This document shows positions 1 through 9,296 of a DNA stretch of 32,000 nt, in pieces. The translations under genes and the position numbers were made by a program. This stretch comes from Promethearchaeum syntrophicum (GTDB lineage Archaea; Asgardarchaeota; Lokiarchaeia; Sigyniarchaeales; Promethearchaeaceae). The DNA lies in the NCBI RefSeq assembly GCF_008000775.2, contig NZ_CP042905.2:540001-572000 (forward strand). Reading direction: 5' to 3'. Numbering within the stretch: position 1 is the first letter of the stretch; each line of letters opens with the position of its first letter. The notes beneath the pieces are model-generated. The model did not search any database. It worked only from the letters and a program-made list of their open reading frames with translations, and was not told where the DNA came from.

Positions 1-865
1 CTTGAATTGGGAATACTGGATGAATCCAAATCATATTTGCAAGAAGTATGGTTGTCGCGCCATTTACTGTCCATCTTTCCTTTTCTGGTTCTAATGATTT
101 TTCAAACCAACGCCACCCCCAACGAGGTAAATATTCCCAATGGGTGATTCGGGTCATATCTCCAACCATCATCATAATCCAGAAGAACCCCGCGACCAAA
201 AAATAAATAAAATTTCGAAATTCTATAAATGATACATTCCAATCACTATTATTTTTCACTATGGATTCACTAATGAAATGAAATGAAATAATTCCAATGA
301 ATTGCATAAAATGCAGCAATTTCCGAGAAAAATCTTTAAATCGGTCCTTTTTTGTTCCAAGTTCAACTGAATTATATTTGTCATCAATTTTTTCTAAAAA
401 TTTTTCATAAGTATTTTCATTCCTGTATTCTGGATTTTTTTTTGATTTTATGTAATTGGGAAGTACATTAAACCCCCAGAAAAATATTATTAACGCCGAA
501 AAGCTGATTATGTGAACTAAATATAGAATATTAGATATTTCTGAAGACTCTGAAACCATAGTGAGAATGTAGTATCCAATAATAAAAAATATGATGCTTT
601 CTACTATTTCTGAATTACGAACATTTCCCTTAACTGGATTATTCCACCATTTAATGGTATGAAGTAAAAGAATAATCCCCATTATCCAAAAAAACAACGC
701 ATCTATCCATGCCCAAATGATCATAACTATCACAAAGTGCTTTCTATTATATAATACAGAAAAGGCAATTAATGTTAAGAATAAAACGAAAATTAAAAAA
801 AAAATAATAGGAAAACGAAAATTACTGTTATTACAATGGATATTGTTGAGTAACCCCGAATCCAC
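1..865 (-). CDS. Partial polytopic membrane protein running off the left edge; possibly of the SEC59/DGK1/VTE5 (dolichol kinase / CTP-dependent kinase-like) family
   Basis: Manual reverse-strand translation is open from a GTG at 863-865 (MVDSGLLNNIHCNNSNFRFPIIFFLIFVLFLTLIAFSVLYNRKHFVIVMIIWAWIDALFFWIMGIILLL...IIFFWGFNVLPNYIKSKKNPEYRNENTYEKFLEKIDDKYNSVELGTKKDRFKDFSRKLLHFMQFIGI...) to base 2 with no stop. It is absent from the ORF track, presumably because its stop lies outside the window. RKxxH before a hydrophobic stretch recalls SEC59/DGK1 proteins. The start codon is uncertain. Confidence 0.55.
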   Translation of the reverse strand, partial: MDSGLLNNIHCNNSNFRFPIIFFLIFVLFLTLIAFSVLYNRKHFVIVMIIWAWIDALFFWIMGIILLLHTIKWWNNPVKGNVRNSEIVESIIFFIIGYYILTMVSESSEISNILYLVHIISFSALIIFFWGFNVLPNYIKSKKNPEYRNENTYEKFLEKIDDKYNSVELGTKKDRFKDFSRKLLHFMQFIGIISFHFISESIVKNNSDWNVSFIEFRNFIYFLVAGFFWIMMMVGDMTRITHWEYLPRWGWRWFEKSLEPEKERWTVNGATTILLANMIWIHPVFPIQ

Positions 866-1475
866 CAAATTTTGATGAATTATATTCGGCCATATATGCT
901 TTTCCTACTTTACTATAAGCAACAGGCATTGCAATAATTGCTAAACCACAACATATAGACACAGCGGTTGCAATCTTCATCCATTTATAGCCTTCAGAGA
1001 TATTTTTCATTTCCGGAGTTGGTAACAGTTGTTCCATCTTCAATGCCCATTTTTCTAGTTCCATAAAGACCAAGATGTTGAGAATAAAAGTCACAATCGC
1101 TAATCCACAAAATTGTAGGATAAAGCCAATTAATAAATATTGGTAGACTTTCTCGAAAATTGGATCTGCAGTAGCATCTCTGATATTTTTTACAGAACCC
1201 AAGTATTGCCAATACATTACCAATGATATAATTCCAATACACGAGAAAATTAACCCGAAAAGGCCTAAAACACTGAAAAATACAATCATTGCAATATCAT
1301 CTTGCACAATTCCCCAGACAATTCCCGCTACTAATATAAAAAATCCACATACAAGTCCTGTTCCTAAAATAATCCACATCCATAAACTATATTTCTTCAT
1401 CTTTGCCCCCAATTCATAGAATAACTCTGGTATTTGAGGTGCTTCTTCATAGGTGCCTGTGTTTTCTTCTGTCAT
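831..1475 (-). CDS. Integral membrane protein (DUF996-like), shorter paralog without zinc ribbons
   Basis: 214 aa with about four hydrophobic segments. Clearly paralogous to the next ORF (shared EKVYQYLLIGFILQF..IVTFILNI..., EGYKWMKI, AEYNSS.FGG). Confidence 0.75.
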   Translation of the reverse strand: MTEENTGTYEEAPQIPELFYELGAKMKKYSLWMWIILGTGLVCGFFILVAGIVWGIVQDDIAMIVFFSVLGLFGLIFSCIGIISLVMYWQYLGSVKNIRDATADPIFEKVYQYLLIGFILQFCGLAIVTFILNILVFMELEKWALKMEQLLPTPEMKNISEGYKWMKIATAVSICCGLAIIAMPVAYSKVGKAYMAEYNSSKFGGFGVTQQYPL

Positions 1476-1667
1476 ATAATTTTCACCATAAAAAAAAAAC
1501 CAATTAAATTTTTAGAAATCTCTAAAAACGTTTATGTTTAATTTTAGTTTACTATCAATTTGTAGATTTTAAAAGGTTTAGGTTTTTTCTATAGAAATTC
1601 ACTATTTTCACTTTTTAAGATAGGTTAAATAAAATAAGAGAAAGTAAAAAAAGGAATAAGTGGATAT

Positions 1668-2639
1668 TTATATGGATTTTCCACATACTTCACAAAAAAC
1701 TGTTCCTTTCGGATTTTCTGCTCCACAATGTTGACAACGAGCTATATCTTCGACTGGTTTATAGGTTTGACTCGCGGGTGTTGGTTGATGTGAAGGAGAA
1801 TCTGCATAAGATTTCCCGCACTTTCCACAGAATTTCCCTGCTAAATGTTTAGGCGTTGTCACTCCACAATGTGGACAGGTTATACCTTCTGATTGCTGTG
1901 GAATTGGTTGAGTTCTTGGTGGTTGTTGGGTTTGTGTTTGAGGCTGTGGTGCTCCGTAAGATTGAGTGGGGGCAGGTGCAAATCCTTGACCCAGAGATAT
2001 CATGGGCCATGGGCGAGCTGTTCCTATCCCTCCAAATTGAGAAGAATTGTATTCAGCCATTAAAGCTTTTCCGACTTTCGCCTGTCCGAGAGGAACCGCA
2101 AGAATTGCAATTCCGACACAAACTGAAACCAGAGTTCCAATTTTCATCCATTTATATCCTTCAGTCACATTAGCCATTTCGGGAGTCGGCAACTCTTGTT
2201 CCATCAATGTTGCCCATTTTTCCAATTCAATATATATCAAAATGTTAAGAATAAAGGTCACAATCGATAAACCAACGAATTGAAGAATAAAACCAATTAA
2301 TAAATATTGGTAAACTTTCTCAAATAATGGATCACCAGTAGCATCCCTCAAATCCTTGATTGTATTCATATATTGCCAGTATAAATACAAAGCATAGAGA
2401 CCCACACAACTAACAATTAATAATACTAATGCCATTAGTCCTATTCCGATATATAATAAAAAATCTGCCCAGTAGATAAAAGCCCATATAAGAATAGGAA
2501 TTGAACCTATGATAATTCCAATAAATGCAGTTATCGCTATTATCCAAAACCAGGTACTCATTTTCTTTAATTTTGCCCCCATTTCATAGAGAAGATCTGG
2601 AATTGGAGGTCCTTGAGCATAACTTGTTGAAGATGCCAT
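1668..2639 (-). CDS. Integral membrane protein (DUF996-like) with Pro/Gln-rich linker and two C-terminal zinc ribbons
   Basis: 323 aa. Membrane core as in the 214-aa paralog, then a PQTQTQQPPRTQPIPQQ linker and CPHCGVTTPKHLAGKFCGKCGK and CQHCGAENPKGTVFCEVCGK. Confidence 0.8.
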   Translation of the reverse strand: MASSTSYAQGPPIPDLLYEMGAKLKKMSTWFWIIAITAFIGIIIGSIPILIWAFIYWADFLLYIGIGLMALVLLIVSCVGLYALYLYWQYMNTIKDLRDATGDPLFEKVYQYLLIGFILQFVGLSIVTFILNILIYIELEKWATLMEQELPTPEMANVTEGYKWMKIGTLVSVCVGIAILAVPLGQAKVGKALMAEYNSSQFGGIGTARPWPMISLGQGFAPAPTQSYGAPQPQTQTQQPPRTQPIPQQSEGITCPHCGVTTPKHLAGKFCGKCGKSYADSPSHQPTPASQTYKPVEDIARCQHCGAENPKGTVFCEVCGKSI

Positions 2640-2893
2640 AATTATTTTTCACCAAATATTTTTTTTTCTGAAATTGCAAATGATTCAGATATTATAACTT
2701 ATCAATTTTGTAGTTTTAAAATGTTTCTTTTTCATTACCGATGGTAAGAAGTGGTTAAATTTAGAAAGAAGAAAAAAAAATTGAGCGTATTATTTATAAA
2801 AATCTCGAGATAAACTTCACCCACTATATTCATAACCCCGATTATAATCTAGTTAAGGTAATTACCCTCTTATTTTTTTGTCTTGAATATAAG

Positions 2894-4141
2894 TTAATTA
2901 AGTTCCATATCCTTCTTAGTTATATACTCACAGATTATTTTTAACGAGGCTTCTACTACTTCAGGTTCAATTGCACTAACAACATCCTTCGGAGTATGAT
3001 AAGCATCATATCTATCATTACCTCCCCAAGGCATCGCAACTAATGTAGTCGCCTCTATGCCATATCTACCGAATTCTCCTGCATCGGTCCCGCCTGTTAA
3101 AAACTCGATTGGTTTCAATGTAGCAGGATATCCCAGTTTATCTGATATTTCCTTGCACTCCATTGCCATATTTTCAGATAGTTTTACACTACAATTAACA
3201 TCTGATGTTAAGAAAAAAAGATCTTTGAGAAGATAGGGACAATCCATATTAAAATTGAAAGTCGGAATCGCCTTCATTTCTGCAAGATTTTTTTTAACAT
3301 ATGCACGTGCTCCTCTCAAACCACATTCTTCACCATCCCAGCCCGCAATTACCAACCGGGTATTCTTCAATCCCTTGCCACTCTTTTTTTGTTCAGAAAA
3401 TTTCTTTCCGACTTTATCCGCTATACAAACTGAAACTAAATTATCGCCAGCCCCCGGAGTCCCTTTGCTACTACTAAAAAAATAAAGTTGTACTACTAAA
3501 ATTAAGGAAACAGTCATGAGTATCTTAAATGTAAGGGAAAACCCAGTTGCAGGTAGTGCCCCAGTAAATGCTTGTATAATCACCCACACCCACGATCCGA
3601 GAAACATGAGAACTACAAACCCTATGCCCCCCATAACCTTTAAAGCATAAAGCTTGGGTTGATGTATAAAAAAATTAAAAATATATGCGCTGTCAATGTG
3701 TCCACTGATAATTATCTGCTGCTTTACCTCATCCTTTGGTTCAATCTTTCCAATTACGTTATACCCTTTCTTCTTCTTCCATAAAAAATCCACAAACTCG
3801 TAATAAAGAAAGAACTCCATAATCATAATGATTATTCCTATCGTGATCCCGATTGCTGTTATTAAAGCTTGATCGAGCCAAAGAAAGATTATACCTATGG
3901 TAAATATTATAACAAGCAATTTGATCCAACCCAAAAAGGTTTTCGGATGCACATCAAATTCTTGCAACTCTGTAGAATCACAATATTTTCCAAATTCATT
4001 TTTAAGTAGATCTGCTGCTTTTTTTGTTGAGGTATCTCCTGTAAGTCGAGGTCCGAACTTTTCTATAATTTGCCCCGTAAATTGAAGCACGTCATTAGTA
4101 TCTGTACTATTTATTTGAATTTCGCCCATATTATTATTCAA
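2894..4141 (-). CDS. Membrane-anchored M28-family zinc peptidase
   Basis: 415 aa. ISGHIDSAY, GAGDN, AGWDGEECGLRGARAYVKKN, FNMDCP and YDAYHTPKDV fit M28 metal-ligand/active-site blocks. Several hydrophobic segments between the N-terminal part and the catalytic core. Confidence 0.85.
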   Translation of the reverse strand: MNNNMGEIQINSTDTNDVLQFTGQIIEKFGPRLTGDTSTKKAADLLKNEFGKYCDSTELQEFDVHPKTFLGWIKLLVIIFTIGIIFLWLDQALITAIGITIGIIIMIMEFFLYYEFVDFLWKKKKGYNVIGKIEPKDEVKQQIIISGHIDSAYIFNFFIHQPKLYALKVMGGIGFVVLMFLGSWVWVIIQAFTGALPATGFSLTFKILMTVSLILVVQLYFFSSSKGTPGAGDNLVSVCIADKVGKKFSEQKKSGKGLKNTRLVIAGWDGEECGLRGARAYVKKNLAEMKAIPTFNFNMDCPYLLKDLFFLTSDVNCSVKLSENMAMECKEISDKLGYPATLKPIEFLTGGTDAGEFGRYGIEATTLVAMPWGGNDRYDAYHTPKDVVSAIEPEVVEASLKIICEYITKKDMELN

Positions 4142-4583
4142 TTCCTAATCTTAAAATAAGTTCTATTACGAAAAATTAATTTTTCAATATCACATTGAAC
4201 GCGAGTTTTTCAAATTAAATGAATAGGTATCAATTAATTGCTATTGATAATATTCCAATTTTAACCAATTTATTTCCAATACAGAAAAACTTGGCAATTT
4301 CTTGTCCAGATTAATTTTCCCAAATCGATCTTTAATTTTTTCCACCATTTTCTCAACACCGAGCAAGGAAATTATAACATTTCACTTTTTTGATCCGTTC
4401 ATTTTTGTCGATATATTTCCCGATCCAACCATTCCAACGCTTATTTTCCCCCAAAATCTCATAAGCTTTAAATATCCACAATAACATTATTTAATTAGAT
4501 TGTGCTTTTTCGTTTATTAATAATGAAAAAAGAAAAAATACAATTTTGTTCACGAAATTTTAATACGCGGAGAATGAAAAATA

Positions 4584-4802
4584 ATGGCAAAGAAAAGAAG
4601 AATTTTTGCATGGTCCCCTTTAAGAGCCTTAATGAAAAGATCAGGAGCAGAAATTGTTAGTAGAGAAGCTGTTGAAGCACTCTTATACTATTTAGAAGAT
4701 CGCAGCAAAAAACTCACCACAATGGCTTTAAAATTCGCTAAACACGCAAAGCGAAAGAAAATCACAAAAGGAGATATGGGTCTCGCAATCGAGTATTTAT
4801 AA
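4584..4802 (+). CDS. Archaeal histone-fold protein (copy 1)
   Basis: 72 aa, MAKKRRIFAWSPLRALMKRSGAEIVSREAVEALLYYLEDRSKKLTTMALKFAKHAKRKKITKGDMGLAIEYL. HMf-like histone fold (K.I...D...A at C-terminus). Confidence 0.92.
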   Translation: MAKKRRIFAWSPLRALMKRSGAEIVSREAVEALLYYLEDRSKKLTTMALKFAKHAKRKKITKGDMGLAIEYL

Positions 4803-4833
4803 ACTCGGTTGACAAAATAAAGAGTAGATTAAA

Positions 4834-5055
4834 ATGGCAAAAAAGAGAAGAATATTTGCATGGAGCCCTCTACGTGCCCTCATGAAGAAAGCAGGTGCTG
4901 AGATAGTTTCCAGAGATGCGGTTGAATTGTTATTGAATTATTTAGAAGCTCGATCAAGAAAATTGACCGAAACAGCTTTAGTTTTTGCGAAACATTCCAA
5001 ACGAAAGAAGATCTCAAAAGGAGATATGGGTCTCGCAATAGAAAATTATCATTAG
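4834..5055 (+). CDS. Archaeal histone-fold protein (copy 2)
   Basis: 73 aa, 31 nt downstream of copy 1. Shares the first 18 residues exactly and most of the rest. Confidence 0.92.
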   Translation: MAKKRRIFAWSPLRALMKKAGAEIVSRDAVELLLNYLEARSRKLTETALVFAKHSKRKKISKGDMGLAIENYH

Positions 5056-5326
5056 GCGTTTATCTTTAATTTAATGATAGATTTCTTTTTTTTTTTAAAT
5101 TTTTAGTATCGTATTAAGATGTATAAAAACTTGCGTTCAATTGTTATTTTTAATCTAATTATAAAATAATTTGAAATCCAAACTTGAGTATTATTAATTG
5201 TGTTAGGATAATATTCATATCATTATTCAAATTAATTTTGTTCGATTGACTTATAAACTCTAAAATCGTAGTATATATCACAAATAGTGTTTACTATTTT
5301 AAAAATATAAATGAGGCTATAATGTA

Positions 5327-7096
5327 ATGAAGAATTATAATAGAAGAGAAAATAAGAAATTTCTAAGGATGATGATAGTCTTTCTTGCTGGGATTTTAAT
5401 TTTTAGTATGAATTTGCCGTCGATAATGAAAAAAGATTCAGTTGTAGTGCAACAGGAAAATGTAAAGACAAACATTAATTTTGCACCACAATCGAGTTCT
5501 CAATGGTTAGATCCCGAAATACTAGGTGATTTTATTGGTGGGGGATCTTCTATAGATGTATTTGTTTTCGATGGAATTGCTTACGTGGCAGAAGGTGTGA
5601 ATGGTTTGGCAATGATAGATGTAACGGACCCTACTTCTCCCGTTAAATTAGGATTTCACGATGATGGAGGAACTGCCCGAAGAGTTTATGTTTCCGATGG
5701 AATTGCCTATGTGGCAGATGGTTCAGATGGTTTGGAAATAATAGATGTAACGAATCCAACTTCTCCTGTTGAATTAGGGCAGTATATTGGTGGGGGGGAT
5801 GCTCGCGATGTTTTTGTTTCCGATGGAATTGCCTATGTGGCAGATTTTACAAATGGTTTGGAAATACTAAATGTAACTAATTCCACTTCTCCGGTTGAAC
5901 TATGGGTAGGTTCCTGGAATGCAATTGGTGTTTCTGTTTCGAATGGAATTGCCTATGTGGCAGTTGGAGGTAGTGGCTTACAAATCTTTGACGTGACGGA
6001 TCCCACTTCTCCAGAAGAATTATATAAAGATAACGTATTCGGGTTTGGTTGGGACCTCGATTATTCAAATGGCATTGTATATTTCGTAGCTGAACATGAT
6101 GGACTAACTCTTCTTGATGTGACAGATCCTACTTCTCCTGTTGAACTAGGAGGAACTTCTATAGGTACGATAATGTCTATTTTTATATCAGATGGAATTG
6201 CCTATGCGGGAAGGGGGCAAAATGGATGGGCTATCATTGATGTAAAAAATTCCACTTCTCCAAAGATACTTTGGGATATCAATGATGCTGGTAGTGCTGG
6301 GGGTGGTTTTATTTCAGATGGAATTCTTTATATAGCAAATGGTAATTTGGGATTGGAAATTCATGATATGGGGTATGATGAAGATGATGACAATCTTTCC
6401 GATGTTAGTGAACTTCTAACTCACGATACCGATCCAGAACGGTTAGACAGCGATGGCGATGGACTTAGTGATGGATCAGAGATATTAACTCATGGAACCG
6501 ATCCGAATAGAATTGACTCAGATAATGACAATTTCTTAGATGGATATGAGATAAGTTCTGGTACAGATCCAAACGATCCATTAGACTATCCTGATCTTCC
6601 ACAAGAGTGGTATGATTTAATAAACGAACGACTCGAAGGGAATGAAACATTAATTCTAACCGTCTATGCACTTGCACTTCAAAATGAAGAGTATTTAGGA
6701 AATATAAATGATACACTTACGGGGGATGTCGATGCATTAAGAGAAGTCCTTGATGAATTGGGAATAACTGTCGGTGATACCGATTATGATGGATTAGACG
6801 ATCTTCAAGAAATCGAACATGGAACCAGTATTGTAAGCAGTGATACTGATATTGATAATTTAAGTGATGCCTTTGAGATTAAAATTGGAACCGATCCGCT
6901 TGATGATGATAGCGATGATGATGGGTATTATGATGGATATGAGGTTATGTTAGGAACAGATCCATTAAATGCATTAGAGTTTCCTGAAACTGAAGGTTCA
7001 GAAAATAAAATTAGTGGATATAAGAGTAGTATCCTTTTCGGTTCTATGGGTTCTATCGTAATTATTTCCATAATTTTAATTAAAAAACGGAACTGA
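5327..7096 (+). CDS. Secreted/surface-anchored LVIVD-repeat (beta-propeller-like) protein with thrombospondin type-3-like Ca-binding repeats and a C-terminal TM anchor
   Basis: N-terminal hydrophobic signal (MMIVFLAGILIFSMNLP), about seven repeats like VSDGIAYVADGSDGLEIIDVTDPTSPVELG, then DSDGDGLSDGSEILTHGTDPN-type repeats, then C-terminal SSILFGSMGSIVIISIILIKKRN. Confidence 0.85.
   Translation: MKNYNRRENKKFLRMMIVFLAGILIFSMNLPSIMKKDSVVVQQENVKTNINFAPQSSSQWLDPEILGDFIGGGSSIDVFVFDGIAYVAEGVNGLAMIDVTDPTSPVKLGFHDDGGTARRVYVSDGIAYVADGSDGLEIIDVTNPTSPVELGQYIGGGDARDVFVSDGIAYVADFTNGLEILNVTNSTSPVELWVGSWNAIGVSVSNGIAYVAVGGSGLQIFDVTDPTSPEELYKDNVFGFGWDLDYSNGIVYFVAEHDGLTLLDVTDPTSPVELGGTSIGTIMSIFISDGIAYAGRGQNGWAIIDVKNSTSPKILWDINDAGSAGGGFISDGILYIANGNLGLEIHDMGYDEDDDNLSDVSELLTHDTDPERLDSDGDGLSDGSEILTHGTDPNRIDSDNDNFLDGYEISSGTDPNDPLDYPDLPQEWYDLINERLEGNETLILTVYALALQNEEYLGNINDTLTGDVDALREVLDELGITVGDTDYDGLDDLQEIEHGTSIVSSDTDIDNLSDAFEIKIGTDPLDDDSDDDGYYDGYEVMLGTDPLNALEFPETEGSENKISGYKSSILFGSMGSIVIISIILIKKRN
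5560..6370 (+). repeat. In-frame tandem repeats of about 40 codons encoding LVIVD units
   Basis: Repeated DNA phrases such as 'tccgatggaattgcctatgtggcag' and 'gatccnacttctcctgttgaa' recur within the CDS. Confidence 0.8.
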
Positions 7097-7424
7097 ATCA
7101 AAAATTTGTACATTTTTTTTTTATTTTTTTCACTGATTTTAAGAATTTAAAGAAAATTTCATAAAAAAATGAAACTTAAAAAATTTCATAATTGCATTTT
7201 TGCCCAATAAACTGATTGTTGTATAAGTAAGATTTTTAAAGTTTGTAGAAGAGATTCTTGTAATTCATTTTTTCTAGAATGGAAGATTTTAAGTTTTGGG
7301 GAGTGGTAGTTTACTACTAAACTGATGAAGTAAAAATGAAGATATTGTCGATATTATGTGTTCTAATCTTTCATACCGGAGAAAAAAGGATTTTAAAAAG
7401 AATTATTTAGGAGAAAATTGAAAA

Positions 7425-9239
7425 ATGAAATATTATGAAAAATTTCCCGTTTCTGAGGACAGACCTTTCTACACGGGGAAATTCTGGCCCAAAGGTGTGC
7501 CTCATAAACTAGATTACGACATTTCTACAACTGTAGCCAAGATGTTTAACGATGCTGTTGACAAATATGGAGATGATCCTGCAATTTGGTTCTTGGAGAC
7601 ATGGGTAACGTACAAAGAATTAAAGGTTATGGTTGATTCATTAGCGACTTACCTCCAATCAATTGGTGTTAAGAAAGGAGATGTTGTAGCCGTCCATCTA
7701 GCAAATTGTATTCAATATGTAGTTTCATATTATGCGATTACATCAATCGGAGCAGTAGTTACTGGAATTAATCCAACATATAAACCATTGGAAGTTCTTC
7801 ACCAATGCAAGTTAACGGGCGCGAAAATAATTATTGTGCTTGATGCTTTATATTTCCATTACGTTGCTAAATTTAGAGATAAATGGGATTTTGATAAGAT
7901 TATATATACAAATTTAGTTGATTTAGCATCTGGAATGTCACCAGTAATCAAATTTATTGGAAAATTGATTAAAAAAATTCCTAAGGCAAAAGTGGAGCAT
8001 CCAAACGCAATAAGTTTGAAGGAAGTTTTAAAGACCAAACCGAATGTGCAACCTGTTACTATTGATGCGGAAGAAGACGCAGCCACTTTGATAATGACGG
8101 GTGGTACCACAGGAGTTCCGAAAGCTGCAGAGTTAACCCATATGAACGTTGTTTCAAATGCATATATGTGCGCAGATATTTTATTAAATCAAAAAGAGGA
8201 AGGCAGCACTGAACCTCCACTCGGGCATCGAACGGGTATGGTTGGTTGTTTACCATTGTACCATAGTTTTGCAATGACTACCGTTTTAAATACAGCTGTA
8301 GCAGTTGGAGGATGGCAAATGTTATTCCCAAAACCACCACCCACTGAAGAATTGTTGGAAGAAATCCATAAATTACCTGATTATAATGGATATATCTATT
8401 GTGCAGCAGAAATCCTTTTCCAGCGTATTTCTGAATTGGACCAAGCTATTATTGATAAATTCCCCCTTAAAGGTCATCTGAAATTGTGTATTTCCGGTGC
8501 GGGACCCCTTCATGAATACGTCAGAATTCCTTATGAAGAGAAGACGGGGGCAAAAATTACAGAAGGGTATGGGTTATCAGAATCTTCACCTGTAGTTTGC
8601 TGTAATAACTTCTATGGTTTACGCGAACCTGGATGGCTCGGTGTTCCAGCTCCAAGCACTGATTGGATGATATTTGACACTGAAGATTTCTCAAAGGGAC
8701 CAATTACAGCCTATGGAGAGGAAAATGGAACTGGAGAAATTTGTGTTGCAGGTCCACAAGTAATGAAGAGTTATTGGCAAAATCCCGAACGTACCGCAGC
8801 AACTATTAAAGAATGGGATGGACGAAAATGGCTTTTAACTGGGGATATTGGATTTATGGATGAAAACGGTCGAATTGCAATTCGGGACCGAAAAAAGCAA
8901 TTAATCAAAATGGCTGGGCATTCTGTATTTCCAAAAGAAGTAGAATCGTTGTTGGGGTCTCATGAGAAAGTTTTAGAAGCGGCAGTTGCAGGTATTCCTG
9001 ATGAGAAAACCGGTGAAGCAGTTAAAGCTTGGGTAGCACTTAAACCTGATGCGATAGGAACTATTACTGCTGATGAAATTAAAGCATGGGCTTTAGAAAA
9101 CATGACTCGATGGAAATGTCCAAAATATCTTGATATTATTGATGAGTTACCGAAGACAAACGTTGGAAAAGTTATGCGAAGAACACTTCAAGAAGCCGAT
9201 CCGATGTTTATTAAGGTGCATGGAGAACCCAAAGACTAA
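7425..9239 (+). CDS. AMP-dependent acyl-CoA synthetase/ligase (FadD-like)
   Basis: 604 aa. P-loop-like MTGGTTGVPKAAELTH, GYGLSESSP, WLLTGDIGFMDENGRIAIRDRKKQLIKMAGHSVFPKEVE, NVGKVMRRTL. Confidence 0.95.
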   Translation: MKYYEKFPVSEDRPFYTGKFWPKGVPHKLDYDISTTVAKMFNDAVDKYGDDPAIWFLETWVTYKELKVMVDSLATYLQSIGVKKGDVVAVHLANCIQYVVSYYAITSIGAVVTGINPTYKPLEVLHQCKLTGAKIIIVLDALYFHYVAKFRDKWDFDKIIYTNLVDLASGMSPVIKFIGKLIKKIPKAKVEHPNAISLKEVLKTKPNVQPVTIDAEEDAATLIMTGGTTGVPKAAELTHMNVVSNAYMCADILLNQKEEGSTEPPLGHRTGMVGCLPLYHSFAMTTVLNTAVAVGGWQMLFPKPPPTEELLEEIHKLPDYNGYIYCAAEILFQRISELDQAIIDKFPLKGHLKLCISGAGPLHEYVRIPYEEKTGAKITEGYGLSESSPVVCCNNFYGLREPGWLGVPAPSTDWMIFDTEDFSKGPITAYGEENGTGEICVAGPQVMKSYWQNPERTAATIKEWDGRKWLLTGDIGFMDENGRIAIRDRKKQLIKMAGHSVFPKEVESLLGSHEKVLEAAVAGIPDEKTGEAVKAWVALKPDAIGTITADEIKAWALENMTRWKCPKYLDIIDELPKTNVGKVMRRTLQEADPMFIKVHGEPKD

Positions 9240-9296
9240 ATAACAAATTTTTACCTTTTTTTAATTAATTTTTTTAATTTCCCTTTTATTTTAACG

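Noticed and set aside
1-500. Apparent frameshift in the left-edge ORF
   Set aside because: On recounting the homopolymer at 480-484 (five A's), the reading frame is continuous, so no pseudogene call is warranted.
1856-2283. Plus-strand ORFs overlapping the zinc-ribbon membrane protein
   Set aside because: They lie opposite a well-supported CDS and have no recognisable domain or ribosome-binding context.
4302-4484. 60-aa minus-strand ORF upstream of the histones
   Set aside because: Phe/Pro/Ile-rich product from an AT-rich intergenic region that also must hold the histone promoter; no recognisable motif.
5560-6370. Regular repeats considered as a possible CRISPR or non-coding array
   Set aside because: The repeats are in-frame within a CDS and encode LVIVD protein units; there are no constant repeats with unique spacers.
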